From Pseudogymnoascus verrucosus (taxonomy: Eukaryota), in NCBI GenBank assembly GCA_001662655.1, contig KV460208.1: a stretch of DNA of 64,000 nt, one strand, 5' to 3'. A model generated the notes under the pieces. It searched no databases and was not told where the DNA came from. It saw nothing but the letters and a program-made list of their open reading frames with translations. This document shows, one piece after another, positions 35,750 to 48,816 of the stretch. The position numbers were made by a program, and so were the translations under genes. How positions within the stretch are numbered: position 1 is the stretch's first letter; each line of letters begins with the position of its first letter.

Positions 35750-37148
35750 GATGGTGGTGGTGAGTTCGATCTGTTCCGTTGGTTGTTGCTGGTGCGATGC
35801 TGACTTGTTGTCCCTAGTTGATCGATCTCTTTGTCTGACCAAGACTGGTGTCGACCTTCCTCCTCCGACTTCTCTCGGTATCACCTGCGACCCAACCACT
35901 CGCAAACTTCGTTGTATATATTGCCTCCCCTTCTCGGCGTTCCCATCACACGGCGTTATCGGATATTTCCTACCTGCACCCTTTCCAACTGTCGATTCCA
36001 GCATCCACAACGAACCCCATTCCAACCCCCACTACCATCGACTTCTGTTCATACTAAACCCCTTCAATCACCGCCATCTCCTTGTCGCAAGGATCACATC
36101 ATACCCCTTCTGTTGTATCGTCGCATACCCCGCAACTGCATCGCTGGTCGGAGAAGAAAATATGGGAGATGCGGATAATATGCATTTCACTTCTTTTTGA
36201 AGCTTGATGGATGGAGTGGAATGGATGCCGACAGACTGGCTTCTGCTGGGCTTTACTTACTGAGGTGCTGGATAATGAATGAAATGAAATCAAACCTACT
36301 GCTGTCTCACCCACCACTTGACCGTGACGTTCTTGATCGCCTCTTGTCCACGTTCGTGCTTGTAGGTCCTTGACCTCACGTCTCAAAGGCATCCTGTATC
36401 GTCAACAAACAATACAAAGTCGTCAGTAAATCGCACCGTAAATCCCATCACCAGTAGCATCCAATAACTGACGTTGGAGGGGCGGTCACCATGCTATATA
36501 TCCCCCCCAACACCCCTCTGACAAATCAAGTAAGCAGGGCTGTCGATCTCGGATGCCTCGGACTTTGTTTTGGACTTTCACAAATACATATGCGTGACAC
36601 CCCAACTTTGTTCTCCACCTTGTAAAAATCGTGCATATGTATGGGTTCAGTTTAATGTCTTTTATGTGTGTGTTATATGTTCTAGAATTGTCTTTTGTTA
36701 GGGTTTGTAGGGGAGTTACTTCGTTAAATTGGTTTGTGATTGAGACAAGATTTCATGGTTGGGCGATTGGTGAGCATTAGGATGACAGATTATCACATGA
36801 CTATATATCTTGATAGACACGTGATGGGATCTGGCCTCCAGGATGGGGTATGGGGCGCAGGGTAGGAGGGAGAGTAAAACGATAAGATAAGTTAGAGTGT
36901 GGATGAAGATAAGAGGGATAGAGAGGAGATATGAGGCTGGGAAATGCCGGAAAATTAAATATAAGTCTGTGCAATTAAGTCACTATCACTGGCCGCCATC
37001 ATTTCATAAGCGTCTCTCTTCCCGCGGATATGTAAACTCCCAACCATTCGCACCAAAATTACGAAAAGATCCGCAGTATATTAGCTATAGTATAATACAA
37101 AACGAAGATTATGTAGACGCATAAATCGCAGCGAACGCTAAGTTTTAT

Positions 37149-38988
37149 TTACAACAGATAGCGATAATCGGGGCTCAGATCCTATTTAAAAAGGTTAGCA
37201 TCGGCTCAAGACCACCAAGCATCAAACATGCCGTCCACCCGCTCCAAACATGACTACTCCACGCCGTGATCGGAACAAACCAGACGACACCTCTTAAACC
37301 TCTCACAAAGTTCATAGGAAAAAGGAGAAGGGAAGAAGAAAGGAAGAAGAAGAAGAAAAAAAGTAAACTCACCCCCAGCTCCGCCTTCTCATCCTCCGTC
37401 AAAGTCGACGTCCCAACCTCCCTATCCCTCTTCCGGTTCTCATACACGACCGCAACAGCATACGCACAGCACGCCGCAGCACTGAGACAAATGAAGCCAA
37501 TGCAGATGCTATACCCATTCCTGTAGTGATTCTTCTTATCCGAATCCAGAAAACTATACGTCGCGATGATACCGCCGATATTTCCAAACCCAACCTGCCA
37601 CGCCGTGCCGACAGCGCGGCGATGATGCCCGCCGAGATTCATATTGAACCAGCACACGATCACTGGCATGGCGCTGTAGGTGCCCATGGCGATCAGGAAG
37701 AGCGCGCTGTACTGCGCCATGACGTTGTTGTGGATGTGGAACAACATCGCGAAACCCACCATCGAGACGCACATCGGGAGAAGGCAGAAAGCGAAGCGGT
37801 GACCTGTGCGATCACTGAACCAAGCTACAATCATGGAAAACCCGAATGCAGCAGCCCACGGAGGGACGGAGCGCAGCTGCGTCTGGATGGGGCTGTAGTT
37901 CAAGCTGGAAATAATGGCGGGTGCGAAGAAGGCGTACGAGTAGGCTGGGACGATAAGCCCGAAATACATGATTCCGCCGAGGTAGATCTTGTAGTCCTTG
38001 AAGACGCGCCCGACGTCGCGGAGGGTGATGCTGCGATCCGCCGCCGAACGGCCCTGGTCGACGCGCAGACGGCCAATGACGAACGCGCGCTCGTCTTCGG
38101 TGAGCCACTTCGCGTCCTCGGGGAAGGAGGGAAGCATGAAGAAGAACATGATGGCGACGACGCAGGTCAGCACGCCCTCGAGGATGAAGATCCAGCGCCA
38201 TCCGCGGTAGCCGCTCAGCATGTCCATCTTTCCGATTGCGGAGGCGAGGAGGCCGGCGAAGCCGCCAGCGAGGGTGGTGGAGGAGAAGAAGAAGGAGTAT
38301 CGGCGCTGCGCTTCGGTGCGCTTGTACCATAGTCCGATGAGGAAGAAGCAGCCGGGGAACATGCCTGCTTCCATCATGCCGAGGAAAAAGCGCGTGGCGA
38401 GGAGGCCGGAGTAGTTCTGCACGAGGCCCTGGCAGATGGAGACGAGGCCGAAGGTGAACATACAGCCTGAAAGCCAGACGTGCGGGCGCAGCTTCTTGAG
38501 TAGGATGTTGGCAGGGATCTCGAAGAAGATGTATGGCACGAAGAAGATCGTAAGGGCGGTGTTGTATTTGACGCTCGATGTCTTGCCGGTCTCGTCGATG
38601 AGGTGGAGGTCCTCGACCAGGCCGAAGGACTTCGCATTGGCAATGTTGACGCGGTCGAGGAAGGCGAGGAGGTATAGCACGCAGAGACACGGGATGACCC
38701 TCATGTCGACCCTGCGCATCAGCGCCGCCTCGGTCGTATGAGGCGGGCACACGGCGGGCGCGTTGGCGTCGACGACATCGTTGCCCTCCGCGTCCTTGTT
38801 GTCGTAGAACGTCTTCTCGCCAGGAACACCAGCATCGTCAATGACTGACGAGATAGGCGATTCTGCATTCGCTGCGGCCTCTACAGAAATCCAGTCAGTG
38901 GTTGATCGATCGCATCAAAGACGTCGGCTCAATGAGCCGATCGCCGGCTGGGAGCGGACTACTAACTCTTATCGCCGAACCCGAACAT
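37149..38988 (-). CDS. MFS transporter, anion:cation symporter / allantoate permease (Dal5/Tna1-like) family
   Basis: Exons 38988-38967, 38880-37373 and 37181-37149. Motifs LAFLDRVNIANA, FFEIPAN, RFFLGMMEAG, WYKRTE, GWRWIFILEG, GNIGG, PDYRYLL. Confidence 0.92.
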
Positions 38989-40674
38989 CTTGAACGGAAC
39001 ACAAATATCAGAATAACCTCTTATTCTTCCCTTCAAAATGCGCAAATCTTTTCAAACAATCCTTCTTTCGCATATAACCAAGAAAAGAAGAAGAAGAAGA
39101 TCCAAGCCGACACACCTCCCTACAGAAGTTCGTAGCTGGGCACCCTCGCGAAAAAGCAGCAGGATCTGCAAAAGCCCTACCACCAACTGGCCGATCCGCG
39201 TCCGAGTTAAGTAGGTCCCCTTCACCACCATGACACACTTCGCGGGGCAGTCACACACAGCAACAGACAGCGCCGAACATCGCCTGCATCGCCTTGCATC
39301 GCCTCCCGCCCAGGCCCGCAGCGCGCCACAATTACAAAGCCGCCGGCGCGGCGGCGGGGGTGGTGGGACAGTCGTCGAAGGATCGCCCGCCCAATCCGCG
39401 CCCGCGCGACTCGGTCTAGCCGGTGCGTCGCACTCGGTAGTGGTGGGGATCGGGGATTCGGGGATGGGTGATTGGGGCGAGGGTCAGGCCAGAATGCGGG
39501 GAGGGAACGAGATTAGGTGGGCTTGGGGAGGAGTCAACTGCTGTTTAGTGAGGTAAGAGGGCCTTCTCTCTCCACAGTTCTGGACTGCGCTTTCGGCGTG
39601 CTGTTTTTATGATGGTTTTAGCACCGGATGATGGTCTTGGCTCCTTCTCTTTTTTGCTTCCATGAGGCTAATTACCCCAATAAACGTGGAATTGGCTCCG
39701 CACTTCTCTTGGTCGTACTGCGACCTACCGCGCTACCAAGGCCAGCCAGTGCATCACCTCCCTCCCATAACCGCAAACTGGCACGATCGGTCACGGGTCC
39801 TACTCCATCAGTACGATGATAGCTTCTAGCTCGCTATCTAGCATGTATAATTTGGGGTATTAGGGGGAAAGTTGACAGTCTTGACAAAAAAAAAACTGGC
39901 ACCTGTCTGTAGGTGCGGCTGTGCCGAGGCCACCATCGTCATCTCCGCACAGCGCCTCGTCTCGGTGCTTGTTTTTGGGGGCGCGAACGCCACCCGGCGA
40001 ATGTGGAAGGTGCAGTGCCGTGTGACGGGGAGAATTTGCCGTTCGTAGGAGGATCTTTACGTACTGTTAAGCGGAGGGTATCCGTTCCCTTCCCCCGTAG
40101 TGGCGTAAATGTATGATTATGATTATTTCTGGGCTTACTGCAGCGTCAGTATGTAAGGTATAGTAATCACGCCGATGGAGGCTAAGGATATCAATTTGTT
40201 GTCTGAGGTGGTCTAGAGTTGGAGACTTTCCCCAAGTATCCTTCGTAGCGCACATGGCGTCTTCCGTCCACCGTACTTCCCTCCCGTACCCCGATACCCG
40301 ATAAGCTCGCGAGATTCAGATCTGGCGATAATGCGGGGTCAGGCTGAGGCATTTTTGGAGAAATGCTGACTTCCTTATGAACGAAACGAAACGACCCCAC
40401 CAACCAAAACAATTACTAAAACATGTATAAAACTTATATAGATCGTTCAATTCTCATTTATTGATATTTTTTTGCTACTTCTATCGCGTGATCGTGAGAC
40501 TAATGATTTTCTTCACCAAATATTCAAAAAAATAAAAAAACTCATAAAAGACGTGCGAGCCGCCAGGTTGGTATCAGCCTCCAAGTGACCCCGCATACAT
40601 TCGTCGGCGTCGTCGCGGAAATCCAAAACTCCTCGCTGACAAGGTAGGTGGTGGGGATGTGTGGGGGAACATAT

Positions 40675-42066
40675 CTAATCATCAAGGTGGATCTTGACAT
40701 TCTTATCCGCGGCCGGGATAACCTCATCCTCCTTCTCCCCCTTCAGCGTCGGCAGCTCCTCGATAGCCTCTCTAATAATCCCCAAGGCCTTCTGCATATC
40801 CTCCTCGGAAATCACCAACGGCGGCGCAAACCGAATGATATTCTCATGCGTCGGCTTCGCCAACAGTCCCTTACTCTTCATCAACATACACAGATCCCAC
40901 GCCGTGTGTCCACCCGTATGCGCCTCATCGATGATAATCGCATTCAGCAGTCCTCGTCCCCTAACCAGCTTCACCATCGGCGAATCAATCTCCCTCAACC
41001 CCTTCCTGAGCACCTCACCCAGCTTCTCCGCGCGCGCAGTCAACCCCTCCTCCTCCATCACCTCAAGCGCACGCATCGACACCGCGCAGCCCAACGGGTT
41101 TCCACCGTACGTCGACCCATGCGTCCCAGGCTCGACGGTCAACATGATCTCCGCCCGTCCCAGCACGCAGGCAACGGGGTACATACCCCCCGACAGCGCC
41201 TTACCCAGCGTCACAAGATCAGGCGTGATGTTCGACCACTCGCTGCACAGCATGCGGCCCGTGCGTCCGATACCCGTCTGGATCTCATCGATGATGAGGA
41301 GGACGTTGTGCTGTTTGCACAGCGCGTGCACGCGGGTTAGGTAATCGTCATCTGGGACCACGACACCGGCCTCGCCCTGGATAGGCTCGAGGAGGATGGC
41401 GCACGTCTCCTTGCCGTGCGCGGCGAGCACGTCCTCGATGTCTTGGACGTTGTTGTAGCGGATCTGCTTGCCGGTTGTGGGGTTCACGGCGCCGATGTTG
41501 GGGACGTAAGGGCCGTAGTTGGTGCGGGAGTCGGGGTCGGTGGAGAGGGTGATGGCGCCGAGGGTGCGGCCGTGGAAGTTGTCCGCGGCGGCGAAGATGA
41601 GCGCTTTGTTTTCGGGGATGCCCTTGGACTTATATCCCCACTTGCGAGCGATCTTGAGCGCGGTCTCGACGGCCTCCGCGCCGGTGTTGACGGGGAGGAC
41701 CATGTCGTACCCGAAGACGTCCTTCATCTTCTCCGCCCATTTGGGGAAGACATCGTTGTAGAAGGCGCGCGAGGTGAGGGTCAGGCGCTGGGCTTGGTCG
41801 CAGAGCGCCTTTACCAGCTCGGGGTGGCAGTGGCCTTGGTTCACGGCGCTGTACGCGGACAGGAAGTCAAGGTAGTGCTTTCCCTCCGGATCCCAGACGT
41901 CGGAGCCGCTGGCGCGGGCAAAGACGATGGGGAGCGGGTGGTAGTTGTGTGCGGCGTACTTGGCCTCTGCTTCGATGGCGCTGGCGCTGGATGTGGCATG
42001 GTATTGACCGGTCACCTTCGCAGCGGCCTGGCCCTTACCAGCAAGTCCATCTGCATGAGGAGCCAT
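40675..42066 (-). CDS. CAR2: Ornithine aminotransferase
   Basis: AHNYHPLP, DFLSAYSAVNQGHCHP, NTGAEAVETA, EPIQGEAG, DEIQTGIGRTG, LGKALSGG (PLP Lys), HGSTYGGNPL. Confidence 0.97.
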   Translation of the reverse strand: MAPHADGLAGKGQAAAKVTGQYHATSSASAIEAEAKYAAHNYHPLPIVFARASGSDVWDPEGKHYLDFLSAYSAVNQGHCHPELVKALCDQAQRLTLTSRAFYNDVFPKWAEKMKDVFGYDMVLPVNTGAEAVETALKIARKWGYKSKGIPENKALIFAAADNFHGRTLGAITLSTDPDSRTNYGPYVPNIGAVNPTTGKQIRYNNVQDIEDVLAAHGKETCAILLEPIQGEAGVVVPDDDYLTRVHALCKQHNVLLIIDEIQTGIGRTGRMLCSEWSNITPDLVTLGKALSGGMYPVACVLGRAEIMLTVEPGTHGSTYGGNPLGCAVSMRALEVMEEEGLTARAEKLGEVLRKGLREIDSPMVKLVRGRGLLNAIIIDEAHTGGHTAWDLCMLMKSKGLLAKPTHENIIRFAPPLVISEEDMQKALGIIREAIEELPTLKGEKEDEVIPAADKNVKIHLDD

Positions 42067-42693
42067 ACTGGATATTGGTTTGGGGGGTAGTGGTATGTAT
42101 GTATGAATGAGTGTACTTGGGTAGTAGAGTATTGGAGTTGTTCACGTTGAGTGTCCTATCGAACGATATTCTCTAGAGGGGAATGGTTCTTTTTGGGGTA
42201 ATAATGAAGGGGGGGAAGTGGGATGAGGAGGGGGGAGGGAGCCAACCTATATAGTCAGACAAACGCTCCCGGAATGTAAAACAATGGTAATGGAAATACT
42301 AAGCATGACCGCGGAGACCCCTCAGACCCCTCACCTTTTCACCGAACTTCCACGGGGGTTAATTGGACATTGTGGGCGTGACCAGACGCAAGTTTTGATC
42401 GTGTTGGTGAAAATCGTTCAGACTTGCCTATAGGGAATTATCATCGTGTGTAACTGCACATAGGGGAAATGGCGCCTGGAGAGGTGGATGTGGTGGGATG
42501 GCTGGGTGGATGTCGATGACGAGAGGAGAGACCAGTAGAGGCCAGTCAGGAGGAGTTAAGACCACCAAAGACGGCTATCTGCGGACTTGGAGAGAGGCGA
42601 TTGGTTGGAGGGGAGGAAGGGAGGAGGAATGACTAAGAATGGAGTTTGATTGGTTGGACGAGGGGTGGAAGGGGTCGTGGATGGTGCTTATGT

Positions 42694-42950
42694 AAGGCAT
42701 GGGGCGATAAGATACACTAATTGGCTTAGGAAGGCATTGGCGATAAGATAGACTGATTGGATAGTACGCTAAGGCACGTGATTATAGGACAATGATAGCC
42801 TAGCGCCATTGCCAATACATCACATGACAAAAGATCACACAAGTCACGTGAGTGTATATATCGTGACTAGCACTATAACTAAAAAGTCACATGACTATAT
42901 ACTAACCTAATACCATTACGTCACATGACCACTAAATTAAAATCATGTGC
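42694..42950. promoter_or_regulatory. Duplicated GATA+CCAAT module and TCACRTGA E-box cluster in the CAR2/GPI10 divergent promoter
   Basis: GGCGATAAGATA..ATTGG twice (42694-42760); CACGTG/TCACATGAC at about 42775, 42820, 42844, 42887 and 42921. Confidence 0.5.
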
Positions 42951-43216
42951 ACCCAACCCACACCAATATTGTACTATTACACGCTATGCTAAATAAAGAA
43001 AAAAACAAGCTTTGATTGGCTTCCGCTTCCCTACCAGCTCTCCACTCCACCCACCTCCTTCCTTCCCTCCTCTCTGAACCCCCACGAAGCCCACGTGCCC
43101 CCAGTGTCTGAGATCCCCAAAAAGGAAATCATGAATTGAAAAAAATACTCCATCCTCTCCTTCCCTCTCTGTATATTTTTACCTGTATTTCTCTGTGCTC
43201 TGTATCCTCCGCAGAC

Positions 43217-45366
43217 ATGAGCACTTCTGCGAAACCCTCGCCCGTGCCTGCTGCTGCAGAGGCAGCCGGTGTCCCTCGTCGAGATGACGATGTGCGTCGC
43301 AAGCTGGCCATACGAAAGGCCTACCACACGGCGTACTATGAATACCAGCGCAGAGACATGATGTATCTCCTCATCATCCTGCGCTTCATAAATGCCATCA
43401 CCATCCGCACCTTCTTCCAGCCAGACGAGTACTTCCAGTCTCTCGAGCCAGCATGGGAGATGGCTTTCGGCGCGTCCAGCGGTGCATGGATCACCTGGGT
43501 GGGTATCCCGTCCTCTATACCCCTCCAACTATGGCTAAGATATGTAGGAATGGCATCACCAGCTTCGGTCATCGCTGCACCCCGCCATCTTCGCCCTGCT
43601 CTACTTTGTAGCTGACCGGGCCATGGGCGTCATGAGCATGTACCCGCAATTCAAAGCCATTATCCTGGCCTACCTCCCCAAAGTGTTCCAGGGACTTGTT
43701 GCCGCGGTAGGGGACTACTACACGTGGCAGCTGGCTGAGAAGGTTTACGGGCAAGGAAGCAATGCGGCTTTCACCACGGTATGTCCTTCTCTTATATAGT
43801 CATATGTCACGAGACACAGGCTAACAAGTCATATAGCTACTCATCACTGCCTTGAGCCCATGGCAGTGGTTCTGCTCTACCAGGACGCTCTCCAACTCTC
43901 TGGAGACAGTCTTGACCATCGTTGCTCTCTACTATTGGCCTTGGGCCCTATATGGCGACAGCAGCGCACCAAAGAAGACGTCTCCAGATGCAGCTGAGGC
44001 TGATAAGGCCGACAAGGCCACTACTAGCTCGCAGGAGTCTCAGATCTTCAAGACCAATTCGGATGTCAACAGGTAGGATGAATGGGACCTCTCAATTATG
44101 AGTATAGCTAACATTTCAGTCTTCGTATTTGCCTTTTCTTGGCAGGCATTGCCTGTCTTCTCAGGCCCACGAACCTGTTCATCTGGGCTTCGATAGTGAC
44201 GGTATCTGTCAGCCGACTGGGTCTTACTGGCACCTCGCCCGCCAAATTCTCTGACTTCCTAATCATCCTACGCGAAGCTGTCATTTGCGGGTACGTCACC
44301 TATCCCACTCCTCTACTCTACGAGGACACATATTAACTCCTACAGCGCACTCGCTCTCTCCATCTCCGCCGCCTCGGACTACTACTATTTCGGCGTGTGG
44401 ACGTTCCCACCTTACCAGTGGCTCTACTTCAACATCACCAAGTCCCTGGCAGTCTTTTACGGCACAAACCGCTGGGACTACTACGTCACCGAAGGCCTCC
44501 CCCTCCTTCTCACCACCATCATCCCATTCACCCTCATCGCCTTCGTCTCCTCCACCTCCATCGGAACCGAAGGGGCATCCGTCAGCAACATCCGCTTCCA
44601 ATTCACCTTCACGGCCCTCACCACCATCGCCACCCTCTCCCTAATCTCCCACAAAGAAGTCCGCTTCATCTACCCCCTCCTCCCCCTCCTCCACATCCTC
44701 TCCGCACCCCACGTTCTCTCCTTCTTCTCCCGCCCCGCCCCCGCCTCCACCCCAGCCCCCTCAACCTCCTTCTCCATCCCCCCCTCCCCCACCCTGCGCC
44801 GCACCACCCTCCTCGGCGCACTTGTCGCCGTTAACATCTCTCTCGCCTTCTACACCACCTTAATCCACCAACGCGGCGTCCTCGACGTCCTCGCCTTCCT
44901 CCGCTACGACTACGAAGCCACACACCTCACCGAGCGCGGCCTCTTTATCCCAACTACTGCTGATGACGCCCCCTTCGCCGCGTTCCTCATGCCCTGCCAC
45001 TCCACGCCATGGCGCTCGCACCTCGTTCACCCTACCCTCAACGCCTGGGCGCTGACCTGCGAGCCGCCTCTCGACATCCCAGCCGGCACGCCAGAGCGCG
45101 CAGCGTACCGCGATGAGGCGGATCGGTTCTTCGATGATCCGAAGGGGTTTTTGAGTCGCGAGGTGGGGAGTAGGGAGAAGCCGTGGCCGCAGTATGTGGT
45201 TGGGTTTGAGGGGATTGAGGGGGTGTTGGTGGAGTGGCATGAGGAGACGGGGAGTCAGTATGAGGTGGTGAGGAAGTGGAGTGGGTTTAATAGTCATTGG
45301 ATTGATGATGAGAGACGGAAGGGACGGGTTGTGGTGTGGGAGTTTAAGGAGAGGGTTAAGGCTTAG
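43217..45366 (+). CDS. GPI10: GPI mannosyltransferase 3 (PIG-B)
   Basis: Exons 43217-43498, 43548-43778, 43837-44072, 44120-44290 and 44346-45366. Motifs [54 protein letters not shown]. Confidence 0.95.
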
Positions 45367-45599
45367 GTGGGAGAAATAGGGTTTGGAAAGAGGTCAGTGT
45401 GATGGGGGTGGTTGTATTATATTTGTGTTATATAGAGGAGATTTAATTTGATTAATCTTATATACCTGTGCGGAGTTAAACTTCGTGTTGTGAGCAAAGT
45501 CGAACAGCAACATGAGGATAACTTAGGAACCTATAATTCGATCAGAACTCGGGTGTTGGCTCCCACTGCTCATTTTCTGTCTTCTTGTGACCACGAAAA

Positions 45600-45700
45600 T
45601 CTGCCATAACTATCGCCAGAAATGCACCCGCCTTAATGTACTTCACCTAAAGTGCTTCTTTCAGGCAGACGGATCAAATGGATTCTGGGCGATCCCATTG
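45600..45700 (+). mobile_element. Short reverse-transcriptase remnant (LTR retrotransposon-like)
   Basis: KCFFQADGSNGFWAIP resembles the first RT catalytic motif (hhxxDxxxG[FY]Wxhp). Confidence 0.45.
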
Positions 45701-46595
45701 CAGGATCTGCCTAGGCCATCATCCACCCCACCGCGGAAAGGCGGAGGTCTACAACATCCTCCACCACGATTCTCATCACCTCTACCCATTCTCACCACTT
45801 TTCTCTCTTCTCACTGCCTCTTCTCAATGCCTCTCTACTTTCTCACCACCACTCTTCTTTCTCACCACCTCCATCCAAAGTCCTGGGAAATATGTCCATG
45901 CTGCTTTCCAGTACGTTTGGACACAGTGAACGGGAAGGGCGTTGTTTATATGCCACATTAGCTTTTGGTAATTCTTTACTGTCAAGAATTCTCTGTCCGC
46001 TGTGAAATATCGTAGAATCTAGGGAATGATTGACTTTGATAGTGATTCTCTGGCTGTATTTTTGGTGGTTTTGCTCTAACCATAAGCAAAAGGGTAATAT
46101 TATCAAGTTCTTCTAAAATGGCACCCTGACCCCCCCAACTACAGTCTTCGTCCTCTAAATTTCTAATGTTGGAGGAATGAGAAGGGCTTCTATTTTCCCC
46201 TTTCGAGCTATGTCGTTGACAAAGGCCCACACAGCAACCGTCTCAATAGTTCCGCAAGACTTCAATCTTTCAACGACACTGCAGTTCTCATTACCACCAC
46301 TGTAATCAATTTCGGAACTCTAGAGTGATATATTCGCCGGCACTTGGAAGCTGCAGGGGAAGTTGATACACGTGGCTTCGCGTCAAGGCGTGGCGTTTTC
46401 CCCTCGAACGCGACCAACCATCGCGCGCAACTCCTAAATAATATCAGCCGGTTCTAAACTTAACGCCCACGTCATTGATTCACAGATAGTGAAACACCTG
46501 AGACCTGAGACCCCTAATGCTTTTAAATCCCAGTCAGCTATTTTTCAATCACAAACCAAGATCAATTGAACCGAAGCCACACCCACAATATAAGC

Positions 46596-47908
46596 ATGGC
46601 CCGATCGCGCCCCGCCTCGAACGGTCCTACCTCCAAGTCCGCCCCAACCACACAAAAAAACGGCATCAAGAAGTCCTCAAAGCCTGCCAAGCAGCAACTC
46701 TACGTTGTGTCGCGCGAAACGAATGATCCTGAAGGCGTCCACGACAACCATGAGATCGTTGGCACCTACAAGACGCTCGCGGCAGCCAATGCGGCCGCGC
46801 GCGACGATTTGATTAAGGGATGGGGACGCGAGTACTTTGATACGTATGAGGCGAGCGAGGTGGATGGTATGGTGCATGTTATTGCTACTTGCCCGGATGG
46901 GGAGGAGATGGTTGTGATGGTTGAGAAGTCGGGAGTGAGGAAGGCGACCCCACCCCGAAGGCTGTCGAAGAGCAATCCTACGTCGTCCTGCGCCGATCTA
47001 ATACTGACGAAGTTAAAAACATCCTTGGACCCTCTGAGATCGTTGGCACCTATAAGACCCTCGCGGACGCCAATGCCGCTGCGCGAGGCTATTTTGAAAA
47101 AGGGCCGGGACTCAAGTACTTCCAGATATGCGACGTGAAGAAGCTGCATGGCAAGGTGGAAGTTTTTGCCAAGAGCCACAACGGCTACCAGGATGTGGGC
47201 GTGTTAGTTCATAAGAATATGGCGTCTCCATCCAAAGTAGCCGCGCCGCTGAATCCTGACGCGCAGTACATCTACACGCTGATACGTGAAACGTTAGATT
47301 TGTATAAGTCCCATGGCAAGATTGAGATTCTAAGTTCTTACGATACGCTCGCTGCTGCTAATGAGGCGGCGCGAAACAATATGATCGAGGAGTGGGGAAG
47401 GGACTACTTTGAGGAATATGAGGTGCGTGAGTATGGTGGGATGGTGCGAGTTAATGCCAATTGCCCCGATGGAAAGGGCATGTATGTGCGTGTCGATAAG
47501 GCCGAGGTGAAGAAGGACGGTGTGATCGAGGAAGCCGAGGCCGAGAACCTGACCGTTGACGCACCGGGAGAGATCACCGTCTACCATGTTTCGGCTGTCA
47601 GGATTGATTACCAGAATGATCCTGATGGAGTGCTGGAGGGGGCTGTGATAAAGGGGACATACTTGTCGCCTGCGAAGGCGAATAAGGCTGCGCGGGAATA
47701 TTTGGCGAAGGAGTCGGAGACGAACGACTTTGGTAGGGTTACAGAGACAGTGATCTATGGGATGGTGACTATTAAGGCTAGATGCCCGAAGGAAAAGGAG
47801 GTGATGGTTTATGTGGACAAGGGAAAGTTGTTTACTGATGGCGAGGGATTGGAGGAAATGGAGGAGTCGGAGGGTTCCTTGTGTGAGTCTGAAACCGAGT
47901 GGGCATAA
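46596..47908 (+). pseudogene. Four-repeat hypothetical protein with one frameshift
   Basis: Four ~70-aa repeats (Y.V.R..I.GTY.TL..AN.AAR...G.V.V.A.CP.G..V.V.K). Repeat 1 is in the 46596 frame; repeats 2-4 are in the frame that opens at 46925. Confidence 0.7.
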
Positions 47909-48369
47909 AATACTAGGGCTTCGGAGCGGAGCGTTTGCTGGATATGCTTTCTTTGAATATAATTTTATTTATACCCCTTTAATATTACGACAATATTCTC
48001 TTTATCTAGTAAGCTACGGTAGCATATGGCACATTCTAATGGTGTTACTATAAAATCTAACATGAACTTACTAAAGGACGTAGCGAGTTCCTCGCCAATG
48101 AAGACCTTCCAGCGCCAGAAAAGTCGTCCTTTTCTTTTGCAAGGGGCTGGTGAGCCAGTGATCCTCAAACTGCCGAGCGAGACCTTCGTCCTAAAAACCA
48201 TCAACACGAAGAAGTCGATTGCTGATGTGAGCTCAATGGCGAAAAACGCGTCCTCGCGATCTCACTCCGAGGCTGAGGACAAAAGAACTCTTTGCTCTCG
48301 AGATTTGCAGCTTACACTAACGATACGGAGGCAAATACGACCGGGCTGCGGTCGTAATTGCGCTTAAGG

Positions 48370-48478
48370 GGGGAGGTAGCGAGAAAGGGAGGCGACGGCG
48401 AGAAAAGGGGGAGGTGGTGAGAAAGAGGATGTGGCGAGAAAAGGGGGAGGTGGTAAAGAGGATGTGGCGAGAAAGAAA
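48370..48478. repeat. Purine-rich tandem repeat, about 33-36 bp, 3 copies
   Basis: GGCGAGAAAAGGGGGAGGTGGT..AAAGAGGATGT repeated. Confidence 0.7.
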
Positions 48479-48816
48479 GTAGAATAATCTTTTACTGCGT
48501 ATGTCTCTCGGGTTCTCACTCTGGTAATACTTGTCAGCTCGTCATACACTCGTTTACTGTGCTCTTCGAGCGTAATTGACGCAACAAACTCGCAGAGCGC
48601 AGGCGATGTTGGAGATAACCTTTGTTTCTTGCCCCTATCCATGCGTAATAACCCCGCGAGCACCGAAGATGGTTGATCCTCATCCTTTTGATCTCAGTGC
48701 AACTTATACGAGCAATATGCTGTTTGAAGATCTCTAATCCATACCTATTTTACAAAGCAAGTAATATCGCATACAATTACATAATCCATAAAAAAATCCC
48801 CGTCTCCTAAGACATT

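Noticed and set aside
37526..38750. Long antisense or alternate-frame ORFs over the MFS gene (similar ones over CAR2, RPA43, IDO and the coilin-like gene)
   Set aside because: Shadow ORFs produced by GC-rich codon bias.
40110..40210. C/D box snoRNA (ATGATTA ... CTGA)
   Set aside because: Imperfect C box, no terminal stem, only a short wobble-containing match to recalled 18S sequence.
46935..46960. 26-nt GT-AG intron that would repair the frameshift
   Set aside because: Far shorter than the other introns here (about 50 nt or more) and lacks a branch site.
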